In this document: positions 38,763-47,555 of the stretch, piece after piece
How the letters are laid out: the number at the start of each line of letters is the position of its first letter
Numbering within the stretch: position 1 is the stretch's first letter
From: Kiritimatiellia bacterium
GTDB lineage: Bacteria > Verrucomicrobiota > Kiritimatiellia > JAAZAB01
DNA: 64,000 nt
Direction of reading: 5' to 3'
Assembly: GCA_040767085.1 (NCBI GenBank)
Contig: JAXGPF010000004.1
Location: forward strand, 192,001 to 256,000
Notes under the pieces: model-generated
Seen by the model: the letters and a program-made list of their open reading frames with translations, nothing else
Database searches by the model: none
Told to the model about the DNA's origin: nothing
Made by a program: the position numbers and the translations under genes

Positions 38763-39530
38763 CTACCTCCCTTTCCCAGATTCGCCCATCCGCATTTGCA
38801 GGACGGTTTCCATCCGCCGGGCCGCCGCCTCCAGCGCCGCCATGATTTCCCGCCGCCGCCGCCCTTTGAAACGATATGACGGCACCCCCACTCCGAGCGC
38901 TGCCAGCACCCGGCGATCTGGACCGAAAATTGGGACCGCCACCGATTCCGCATGCCCGTCCGCATCGCGCAAACACGCCTGCGCGCGCTGCCGGATTTCC
39001 GACAGGACGGCGGCAAACCGCGCACGATCTTTAATTCCGTCCCAAAGCGGACCGGGTAAGCCGTGTTTTTTCAGAACCAGCGCCACCCCCTCCCGATCCA
39101 GACATGCCACCAGCAGGCGCCCGGTGGCGCTGGCATATGGCGTCGGGCGACAGACGGGGTCGCCCCGATACTCCACGCTCCGGTCAGCCGAGCTCTTCGC
39201 CAGCAGATAACGGTCGCCCGCGCGCAGAATGCTGATCGTGGCGGTTTCGCGCACTTCTTCCGCCAGGGCGCGGACAATTTCTACGGCGCTATCGCGCAAG
39301 GTATCGGCGGTGCGGCGGGCGTTCGCCAGCGCGGCGAGACTGGCGCCGATGGCATAGCGCCTTGCTTCATCCCGCTCGAGATATCCCAGCGCCTGGAGCG
39401 TCCGCAAGATATTCGAGAGCGTGGCCTTGTGCATGCGCAGCGCGCGGCCGATTTCCAGCAGCGTCATCCCCTGGTCGGCGCCCGCCACCAGCCGCAGGAT
39501 CGCATCGCATTTTTGCAGCACTTTGATCAT
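38763..39530 (-). CDS. IclR-family transcriptional regulator
   Basis: MTLLEIGRAL.MHKATLSNILRTL HTH, YASATGRLL, SVAVPIFG. Confidence 0.9.
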   Translation of the reverse strand: MIKVLQKCDAILRLVAGADQGMTLLEIGRALRMHKATLSNILRTLQALGYLERDEARRYAIGASLAALANARRTADTLRDSAVEIVRALAEEVRETATISILRAGDRYLLAKSSADRSVEYRGDPVCRPTPYASATGRLLVACLDREGVALVLKKHGLPGPLWDGIKDRARFAAVLSEIRQRAQACLRDADGHAESVAVPIFGPDRRVLAALGVGVPSYRFKGRRRREIMAALEAAARRMETVLQMRMGESGKGR

Positions 39531-39587
39531 AACGCCCTCCCGGCCCCTGGCGGCTTGTCCACCGGAGGCCTTTTAGTCTCTCAATCC

Positions 39588-39599
39588 AATACCGGTATT
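39588..39599. promoter_or_regulatory. palindromic candidate operator upstream of iclR
   Basis: Perfect AATACCGGTATT in AT-rich DNA 58 nt upstream of the ATG. Confidence 0.45.
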
Positions 39600-40060
39600 A
39601 CCATAATAATTATTTAACGCAAGCCTAAAATAATATTTTCCGGATGCCGAACGCCCGGCTGCGTCATGCTCGATTTTGCGCACGCATCCTGATTGCCATC
39701 ACGGCAGCCCGTTCGTCCGGCCGGAGTCTGCGATATAAACCCGCGATTTTTGCAAAGATATTGCAAGGATACGGCGTGGTTGGACCGTGCCCGGCTGCTC
39801 GCACATACAAAGCAGGTCGAGCCGGCGCACTCCAGACGAAGCCCCGGCTTGCGCCACGCCGCGGCGCCGCGACATCCGGATTTGTTGCGGCCGAACGGCG
39901 TTCGGCATCCGAATTCCGGATTGTGGATTGCGGGTTGAACGGGGATTTCAGCACGGAGACAGTCGCGGCACGGCGAGGGAAGATTTGCTGTAATATTGGC
40001 CGGCGCCAAATCTCTCAGGCGCCCGACCGCCGCGGCCGGACGCCTGGGTCAAGTTGCGGA

Positions 40061-41392
40061 TTAACCATGCCGGCAAGACAGCGGGCCAGCGTGCGCCTGC
40101 CAATATCCCCACAGCCAATTGACGGCGGCATCGCCGCTGTAAACATTATGCATCCAGGCCAAATCATCCGGAAACTGCCGGCCGTCCATGTCGACGAACC
40201 AGCGCAACTGATCGCGATGAAGTTTGCCCAGGATTTCCAACCCCTTTTCCCGCGCGCCGCGGCCGGGCAAATACGGCGCCAGCGCGACCGCGGCGCGGGC
40301 GAACATTGCCGCATGCATGCCGGAACGTATCCATCCGACAAAGCCGCCATAACGCCATTGCCCCGGATGGGCGGCGGGGATATTCATCACCTGTCGCACT
40401 TCCGTCACCTCGCCGGTTGCAATGTTATACAAACCCGCGCCCATCGCCAGGCCGTCTTCCGCGATCCACCGGCAATCCCGCGCATACATTTGCAAGGCCT
40501 TCGCCAGCCATATTTCCCGCATCGGAGCACGGTAATGCAGTAACGCCTCCAGGCTTAAAAAGCCGGAGGCGGTATTCTCCGGATTCAAGCGGATCAGGCG
40601 CAACGGCGATTGTTTTTCAAAATCAAAAACAGGCTCGCGCTTTCTGGCATGGTCCAGGACAGCGTCCCACGTCAAAGCCCCAAACGGTATTTTGAGCTGG
40701 ACCTCCGGCAACGCGCAAAGCCGGTCGTATTCCCGCCGGAATTCCGGCTGGGCGGAATGCTGCCAGGCCAGCCATGCAAACACGGGGAAACGTTCCAGGG
40801 GCCAGGTCAGGGGCTTGCCGAAATACGGATATGCATAGCCCCGGCGCATCCAGAACCGGGCCATCTGCGCCATCATGGCGGTGCAGACTGATTTTTCTCC
40901 GCGATCGGCGACCAGCAGGAATTGATCCATGCCCGCCATGGTAAAAACATATTGGTCGCTGGAGATCTGATCGCTCAGCCGGCCGCCATAACATTTGCAA
41001 TAGAAGCCTTCCGCTACGCCCCGGCCCAGGTCGAACAGCCAGCGAATGCCCTGGAAAGTGCGCCGGGCCTTGCGCAAGGCCGCGGGGTCCCCGGTGGCCT
41101 GGTATTTCAAGACCATGGCCGCGAGAAACGCGCCGGAACACATGCCAACATTTTCGTATGTGATAAAATCGCTGTAATCCGCCAGGTTGGCGCAGGCATA
41201 GGGATGCACACTGCAGCCCTCGAAATACCCCGGCGCAAAAGGACGCATCGTATTGATGTCCACCGCCGACCTGAGCAAACCATGGCGGTCTACCAGGGCT
41301 TCTTCAATTTCCGATTCAATTTCCGCCGCCCTGGCATGGAGCTGGTTCATGGCGCTGCGCCACATGTGGCTGTCAGTGCGATTCGCTTGCAA
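40061..41392 (-). CDS. hypothetical protein, probable (alpha/alpha)6-barrel sugar-active enzyme
   Basis: Helical W/Y-rich pattern, YQATGDPAAL, ISSDQY; start uncertain (possibly 41350). Confidence 0.55.
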   Translation of the reverse strand: MQANRTDSHMWRSAMNQLHARAAEIESEIEEALVDRHGLLRSAVDINTMRPFAPGYFEGCSVHPYACANLADYSDFITYENVGMCSGAFLAAMVLKYQATGDPAALRKARRTFQGIRWLFDLGRGVAEGFYCKCYGGRLSDQISSDQYVFTMAGMDQFLLVADRGEKSVCTAMMAQMARFWMRRGYAYPYFGKPLTWPLERFPVFAWLAWQHSAQPEFRREYDRLCALPEVQLKIPFGALTWDAVLDHARKREPVFDFEKQSPLRLIRLNPENTASGFLSLEALLHYRAPMREIWLAKALQMYARDCRWIAEDGLAMGAGLYNIATGEVTEVRQVMNIPAAHPGQWRYGGFVGWIRSGMHAAMFARAAVALAPYLPGRGAREKGLEILGKLHRDQLRWFVDMDGRQFPDDLAWMHNVYSGDAAVNWLWGYWQAHAGPLSCRHG

Positions 41393-41406
41393 AACGTGCT
41401 TTTTGT

Positions 41407-44160
41407 TCAGTGGTCCGCCGGCTGGCGCTGAGCGGCGTCGGCCAAGGCCTCGGCTTCCAGCAGAACAACCGGTCCGGCGGCAGACGGGCTGACCTCGATC
41501 ATCATGCCGCGCACCGGACCGCCGTCAACCTGAACATCAACTTGGGCATCGTGATTTTGCTTGATGACCGCGGCGGGCTCCCAGTGGTCCCCGCGTAAAA
41601 CGGCAATCTCCCCCGCGCGCATGGGCGCGGCAGACGCCGTGACAAAGCGGATCGTGTCCGCCTGGATGGGAACAGGCCAGGCCAGACGCAACCATTGGCC
41701 GGGGCCAAGCACGCAAACATGGCGCGCCAGTTCATCCATCCGCCCGTCAACCAGCCGCTGGAGCAGCAACTCCCGGAATGCGTCCGGCAGCAGCAAGTCC
41801 GACTTATACTGGCCTTGATAGGATGCGGGCTCATGCAAGAAGGATGCGTCCAGGCTCAGGCCGGGCATTCCCGGCAAAAGGCTGCCGCGCTGCAAGCTGG
41901 CCCGCCCGGCGGCGGCGGCCAACGCCTCGATTTCAGCGATGGTCAGGAGGTCCAGCAACCGGGGATTGAAATCCGTGGTATAAACGCGGGCCGCATATGG
42001 AGCAAAATGCGCGCGCATGACACGGTCGTTGATAGAAGCCACCCGTCCCTCGCTGACAACCAGCAAGCGGGCGCGATCAATCTCCTTAAACCGGAAAATC
42101 ACATCCTGGTGTTGGGCGCCGCGGTTCACCGCGAATATATATAGATGCCCGTTATCTTCGCGCAGCGAAACGGTAAGCGGCGCGCCGGCCGGCCAGTATT
42201 CCACGCCGCCGGCCATTTCGGGCGCCTGGACGGCGCGCGTCAGGGTGGTCAATTCCAAGGCCAGGTGGGCATAGCCGTGGCGCACCTCCGGCACGTCAAA
42301 AGCCTGCCGCGCGGGATACCAGATAATTCCCGATGCGCCCGCCGCCACTGCCAGGAAAACGTTGTTGCGCAACTCGACGTAGTTTGGACCGCGCGATTTC
42401 GGCTGCCCTTGCGAACCAAGCATTTCCCCCCAATTCCAGGCCTGGGGTATCAGCCAAACCGGCTTGCGCCCCAGGGCGGGGCGGATAATTTCCACGATAT
42501 TGTCCAACGGCATGATGGGAATGCCGTCGGACTGGAAATTGAGGTATTTGTCGGGCAGCATGATGTCAGCGCAATCCAGGTAATCGGCGACACGCTCGGC
42601 ATGGGTATTGACGATCAGGCAGGGATGATAGGGGTCCGCCTCGCGCAGCGCGTCGTAAACCCGTCGCAAAACCGCGGGCGCTACTCCGTCGCCGGAATCC
42701 GGCTCATCCGCCAGATACCAGCCCAAAAGCGCCGGATGCGCTTGCACCGCTTCCGCCACGCGTCTGACCTTTGCCAGTTCTTCATCGGGAAATGTTTTCC
42801 AGTCGCCGCGCCTGATCAACGTCCGCGAATAGCGCCGTTGCGTGTCAAGCTGATAAGGCGAGATAATCGCCTTCAGATTGGAGCGCGCGCAGGCATCCAG
42901 GAAGCCGGTCAATGCCGGCAAGCTCTGGAACCAGGCGCCATTATAAACGGTGTTGATGTTTTTAAAACGCTCCACGGGGAAAGGCGCGGTCAATCCCGTC
43001 CAAAACCAGCCGGCCGGAACAAAAGGCGCGCCATCCACGAGGACGCGCCGATGTTCATCCACCCGGACTTCGCCGGGATGGCGCGGCAATTTGCGCAGTT
43101 GGGCGGACCAGGCTTGCCGCCGGCCGCCCTGGCTGAACTCCAGGGCTAAGCGGTACACCCCTTCTGCCAGATCATCCGCGGGCATGGATAACTCCGCGCC
43201 GCTGGCAAGATTGGCATGGGTATCGGCGCGGATGATTTCTTCGCCGCGCAGCAAACTGGCCGTCAGAAAATTTGTTCCCGCCGGATCGGGGCTGAAATAA
43301 ACCTGGTATTTCAGCATCGCCAGTTTTTGCGAATGGTAAATACAGTTGCGATACGCCGGCGCCGTGATGCGCGCATAAAAATTCGACGGGGCGCGCTCGG
43401 CCGGCATCCGGGGCGCCGCCGCTTGGGCGCCGGCGGCGGCCACCGGCGCATCGCGCCAAAACAGATCCCGTATTTCATCCCCGCCGAGGGCGCGGCTGTA
43501 AATCCGCAACTCATCCAGTTTGCCGGCATAATGGCGGCCATGGACGCCGCCGCGGATTTTGCCGCCCCAATCCTTGTCCCCCAGCCGGAGCGGCAGGCCG
43601 CCCGTTTCCGGCGCAAAGCCCATCGGCGCCGCGCCAAGCGGAATGCCGTTTTCATAGAGACGCAGTTGCCCATCACCATAGACGACGGCGATATGCTGCC
43701 AGACCTCCGGCGGATAATTGCCGAAATAGAGCATCCGCGCGTTTTTGCCGTCTGACAGGTTGACAAACAGCTTCCGGCTGGTATCGCCGCGGAAGCCGAT
43801 TGTACAACGCCGCTGGGTCGCTTTAAAGCCGTCGCGGATGGTTACAATTTCTCCGCCTTGCTCCCCGGGGGCGGGGTTCAGCCAGAACATGATCGCGCCG
43901 GCGGGCGCCAGCGGCACCTCGCCGCATTCAACAACGTTGGAGCCGTTGAACACCAGCGCGCCGCCCCGGACGCCGGGCGCCAGGGCCGCGCCCGCGGCGG
44001 CGCCATGGCGCGCATGACCGCTTTGATCAAGCACCAGGCCGTTGGTCAAGCCGTCAAAATCATAATAAAGCGCCAGCTCGACCGGCGCTGCAGCATTATC
44101 AGCCCGCCCCCACGTCCACCCGGTCAGACATGCCAAAACCAAGGCAATGCTTAACTTCAT
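41407..44160 (-). CDS. secreted LamG-domain putative glycoside hydrolase
   Basis: GGAGG SD, signal peptide, LamG (WQHIAVVY...LDELRIYSRAL), HPALLGWYLADEP catalytic-type motif. Confidence 0.7.
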   Translation of the reverse strand: MKLSIALVLACLTGWTWGRADNAAAPVELALYYDFDGLTNGLVLDQSGHARHGAAAGAALAPGVRGGALVFNGSNVVECGEVPLAPAGAIMFWLNPAPGEQGGEIVTIRDGFKATQRRCTIGFRGDTSRKLFVNLSDGKNARMLYFGNYPPEVWQHIAVVYGDGQLRLYENGIPLGAAPMGFAPETGGLPLRLGDKDWGGKIRGGVHGRHYAGKLDELRIYSRALGGDEIRDLFWRDAPVAAAGAQAAAPRMPAERAPSNFYARITAPAYRNCIYHSQKLAMLKYQVYFSPDPAGTNFLTASLLRGEEIIRADTHANLASGAELSMPADDLAEGVYRLALEFSQGGRRQAWSAQLRKLPRHPGEVRVDEHRRVLVDGAPFVPAGWFWTGLTAPFPVERFKNINTVYNGAWFQSLPALTGFLDACARSNLKAIISPYQLDTQRRYSRTLIRRGDWKTFPDEELAKVRRVAEAVQAHPALLGWYLADEPDSGDGVAPAVLRRVYDALREADPYHPCLIVNTHAERVADYLDCADIMLPDKYLNFQSDGIPIMPLDNIVEIIRPALGRKPVWLIPQAWNWGEMLGSQGQPKSRGPNYVELRNNVFLAVAAGASGIIWYPARQAFDVPEVRHGYAHLALELTTLTRAVQAPEMAGGVEYWPAGAPLTVSLREDNGHLYIFAVNRGAQHQDVIFRFKEIDRARLLVVSEGRVASINDRVMRAHFAPYAARVYTTDFNPRLLDLLTIAEIEALAAAAGRASLQRGSLLPGMPGLSLDASFLHEPASYQGQYKSDLLLPDAFRELLLQRLVDGRMDELARHVCVLGPGQWLRLAWPVPIQADTIRFVTASAAPMRAGEIAVLRGDHWEPAAVIKQNHDAQVDVQVDGGPVRGMMIEVSPSAAGPVVLLEAEALADAAQRQPADH

Positions 44161-44180
44161 CAAAACAGCCTCCATCATGA

Positions 44181-45752
44181 TCAGTGCAGGTAAAACATCA
44201 TTCCGCTGCGAACATATTCATAACACCCCATGTCAACGATGCCGTCAAACCGGTCAATCCGGCGGCCGCCGCCCAGATGCACGGCGCCCTCCATCCAGGC
44301 CTGGTTGGTCCCGGCATTGATGCAGGTCGATTGATCCGACAGCCGGAAATTTTGGTTGACGCTGTCAACGAACAGCGGGTCGCCGGCAGTATTGCCGCCG
44401 CCATCCATGGTAGATGCAACGGCGGGAGTCGTGCAACTGTTGTAAAACTTGTTCACGCCATTATCCGGCAGGTAATAATTATTCTGCCCGCCCCCACGCT
44501 CGTTGTGATACAAAATAGAGTTCCAGATGGTCACCGCGGCGGCCGTGCCGTTCACCCGCACGCCGGCCGAGGATTCGAGTTCTGAATAATTGCTGACCAC
44601 GGTGCAATTGACGAAATGGTATATTCCCGTCGCCAAATTCCCTGTGCGAAGGGCTCCGCCGCGCACGCCCCGGTTGCCGGAAAACAACGTGTTGTACAGT
44701 TGCACCATCGGCATGCCGGGCTGGCAATAGATGCCGCTGCCATAACTTGCATCGCCGGTGGCAAGATTATCCCTGACGATGCAATTGGTCATGAACAATT
44801 GCCCATAGAGGTTCATCCCGGCGCCGGAGTTGACGCATTCGTTGCCGGCTACCAGGCAATTCCGCATCAGCAGATCTATATCATGATTGCTGCTGTAAAC
44901 ACCTCCGCCCACATCCACACAGGTGTTGTTTTTGACCTGGCAGTCGAGCATAGACACTTTCATGCGAATGCCGGCAAGCGATGGATAAAAATAGACTCCC
45001 GCGCCGCGCCCCTGTGTGGGCTGTCCGCCCGCCGTGTTTTGCTCAATTCGGCAATCGGCCATCGTCAAATTACATACATCGCGAAAACATATCCCGCCCG
45101 CATTTTGCGAAGCTTGATTCGCGGCGATCACGCAATTGGAAATCAGCGTGGCAAAAGCCGAATCGGCGTCGTAGCCGCGCGCATGGATGCCGCCGCCCCA
45201 GCCGCTGGCCGCGGATGTGGAATTGCTGCTGATCGCGCAATTCAGAAGTTCGCACGTGCCAGACGCGCCCTCGTTATAAACGATGTTGATGCCGGCGCCA
45301 ATGGAAGCCAGGCAGTTGGTAACGGTAAAACCGTCAACCACTACGCTCAGATTCTGGCCGGATAATTCGATCCCGAGCCCGCGATTGGCCCCGCCCCCGT
45401 CAATCGCCACCTCGCCGGGATCGCCAACCGCCCGCAATGCGACGGATTTCGCAATCCAGACCACGTGGTTGGAGCCGGGCAATGCGGAATAAACACCCGT
45501 GCTAACCCAGACGTTGCTGCCGCTTAGCGCAACGCTGACCGCTTCCTGAATATTGCTTGCCGCCGTCTCCCATGATCCGTACAAGCCCGCGGGATCGGGC
45601 GTCTGGCCATTTTGCGCCACGAAATGGTCCGCGTTCAGTCTGAGCCCCCCGCCGAAGAAAACGCCGATGACCGCCAGCCACAGCCGGCAAGCGCGCAATA
45701 CGGCGGCTAGACTCCAGGCAAAAATATTGCGACAATTATCCGGTGAACGCAT
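44181..45752 (-). CDS. secreted right-handed beta-helix protein, paralogue of 27748-29397
   Basis: WETAASNIQEAV, GGG/N repeats, FRLSDQSTCINAGTN...DMGCYE, tail GMMFYLH. Confidence 0.85.
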   Translation of the reverse strand: MRSPDNCRNIFAWSLAAVLRACRLWLAVIGVFFGGGLRLNADHFVAQNGQTPDPAGLYGSWETAASNIQEAVSVALSGSNVWVSTGVYSALPGSNHVVWIAKSVALRAVGDPGEVAIDGGGANRGLGIELSGQNLSVVVDGFTVTNCLASIGAGINIVYNEGASGTCELLNCAISSNSTSAASGWGGGIHARGYDADSAFATLISNCVIAANQASQNAGGICFRDVCNLTMADCRIEQNTAGGQPTQGRGAGVYFYPSLAGIRMKVSMLDCQVKNNTCVDVGGGVYSSNHDIDLLMRNCLVAGNECVNSGAGMNLYGQLFMTNCIVRDNLATGDASYGSGIYCQPGMPMVQLYNTLFSGNRGVRGGALRTGNLATGIYHFVNCTVVSNYSELESSAGVRVNGTAAAVTIWNSILYHNERGGGQNNYYLPDNGVNKFYNSCTTPAVASTMDGGGNTAGDPLFVDSVNQNFRLSDQSTCINAGTNQAWMEGAVHLGGGRRIDRFDGIVDMGCYEYVRSGMMFYLH

Positions 45753-45919
45753 AATCTGGTGCCTTTCTGATTATTGATTTACATGCCTCAGCTTTCCACG
45801 CGCCGACAGCAGACAGTTTGCGGGATTTTCCCGCAACATGCAAGACGCCGGCATCGGACGATTTCATTGCGATAAGCGCGCCAGCCCGGCTCAGGTTCCC
45901 GCTAAATCGCACTCCGGAC

Positions 45920-45974
45920 AATACACTAGAATACTCTATAATCCGCATGTTAAACAAACCGGGTGGTTTGTCAA
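45920..45974 (-). promoter_or_regulatory. promoter plus operator box 3
   Basis: TTGACA-N16-TAACAT; box AATACACTAGAATACT at 45920-45935. Confidence 0.7.
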
Positions 45975-47402
45975 TCATTTTCCGGCCGCGGTGGACGGAG
46001 CCGCCGCCGCTTTAATCTCCCCGGCGGCTGCCCGCCAGGCCCCCAGCAGTCGGGCGGCGGTGTCCGCGGCGAACTGGTTGGAGCGCGGCGTGGTTTCATA
46101 GCCGCCCCGGCCGTAATTCCAGGGATTGGGAATGTAACTGGAAGGTATCTTGGCGTTGCCGGTCCCATTGCTCAACTCCGCCACCAGCAGGTGGAATTCC
46201 GGGAAAATTTCCTTGCGGAGGGCCAGGCCGATTTCCGTGAAGGGCTCGCAGGGCAGCGAGGCGATGCCCGCCCGGCCGATGAAAAGGCCGGTCAAAAGCA
46301 TCTCCATCGGCTCGCGGAACAGGGCCATTTCCAGGATTTTGGCCGCAAAGGAGCGCATGACCTCCGGCGTCTGCTTCACCAGGTCCTCCGAGGTCAGCAT
46401 CCGGCCGGGCGGCGCGGGCGGCAAATCCTTGTAGCGCTCCATGACCTCCCGCGCCTCGGCCAGTTCCGCCGCGGAAATCTCCCGCGGTTCAATGGCGACG
46501 CGCAGCGCGCGCGTGAAAAATGACTTGGCCGGCATGGCTTGCATTGCCGGCAGCGCCTGGCGGATGGTTTCCGCATACCCCTGCCCGATGCGCCGGGCTT
46601 CGGCGTAGCAGGTCTGATTCTCCCCGCTCCGCACATCGAAGTGGTTGATATTGCCGGAAGCGCCGATCAGCGGGATGGCCATGCTCCCCGCACCCAGGCT
46701 CTCCTCGAGGCTGCGCCGCGTGAATCCCGGCCAGTCGCCCGACACATCATTGCCCCCGATGGTGTCGGAATGGTTGACGATGTTGGCGAGCAACACCCGG
46801 ATTTGACCGTCCCGTGCAATCGCCAGCAGGGGAATTTCCGGATCAATTTCGCCCTCGGGCCGCTCGATGGCGGGATTCAATTTTCCCGGATTGGTCGTCA
46901 CCCCCCCGCCAGCCATCCAGTAGCGCCGGTTGAAAATAAACCGGCGCTCGCGCGTGATGCCCGCCAGGATTTCGCCCGCCGCCATGCCGGCCTGCGCCTG
47001 CCGGATGGCTGCCAGGGTTTGTTCAACAACAAAATTATTGTAACGGATATCCGCCGTCGGCTTCCCCAGGCGGATTTCCGGGGCCGTGTGGGTGTGCGTG
47101 GCGGTGAGGATCATGTTCTCCGGACGGAACAGCCACAGGCCGGCGGTCTTCAGCGCGGCATAAAGCGCGTCCGCCAGATTTTGCGAGACGTACACCAGGT
47201 CATACTGGATCAACGCCGCCCAGTCATCGCCGCTGCGGAGCGCCAGCACCCGCACCTCGATGTCGTCCAGCACTTTCTCCCACATGCGCACGTTGAAATA
47301 TCCGGCCAGCGATATGGGCATTTGCGGGTTGATACAAGCGCGGCCTAGCCCGAATTGCAGGCTGGCGGCCGGTTTATTTTTGGTTGTATGATGTTTTTGC
47401 AT
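45975..47402 (-). CDS. neutral/alkaline ceramidase-like amidohydrolase
   Basis: ISLAGY, ATHTHTAP, FNRRY, NHSDT, SGDWPG, GASGNIN, LPCEPF, GGYET. Confidence 0.75.
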   Translation of the reverse strand: MQKHHTTKNKPAASLQFGLGRACINPQMPISLAGYFNVRMWEKVLDDIEVRVLALRSGDDWAALIQYDLVYVSQNLADALYAALKTAGLWLFRPENMILTATHTHTAPEIRLGKPTADIRYNNFVVEQTLAAIRQAQAGMAAGEILAGITRERRFIFNRRYWMAGGGVTTNPGKLNPAIERPEGEIDPEIPLLAIARDGQIRVLLANIVNHSDTIGGNDVSGDWPGFTRRSLEESLGAGSMAIPLIGASGNINHFDVRSGENQTCYAEARRIGQGYAETIRQALPAMQAMPAKSFFTRALRVAIEPREISAAELAEAREVMERYKDLPPAPPGRMLTSEDLVKQTPEVMRSFAAKILEMALFREPMEMLLTGLFIGRAGIASLPCEPFTEIGLALRKEIFPEFHLLVAELSNGTGNAKIPSSYIPNPWNYGRGGYETTPRSNQFAADTAARLLGAWRAAAGEIKAAAAPSTAAGK

Positions 47403-47555
47403 GGCTGTTGCCCTTTCATCGGAGCGCAATATGCGCCCACTGCGGCCGGCTCACCGTCCCAAGCCGCTGGATCGAGTCATAATACTGCCTGCACGCAGCA
47501 CCTTCAAGTCGCTTTCCAAAGCAAGCTTTTGCAAGCCGTCTTTCGTCAGACGCCG

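Noticed and set aside
38763-38765. Pyrrolysine or genome-wide TAG recoding
   Set aside because: TAG ends other genes normally (1651, 6833, 8193) and no pyl genes are in the window
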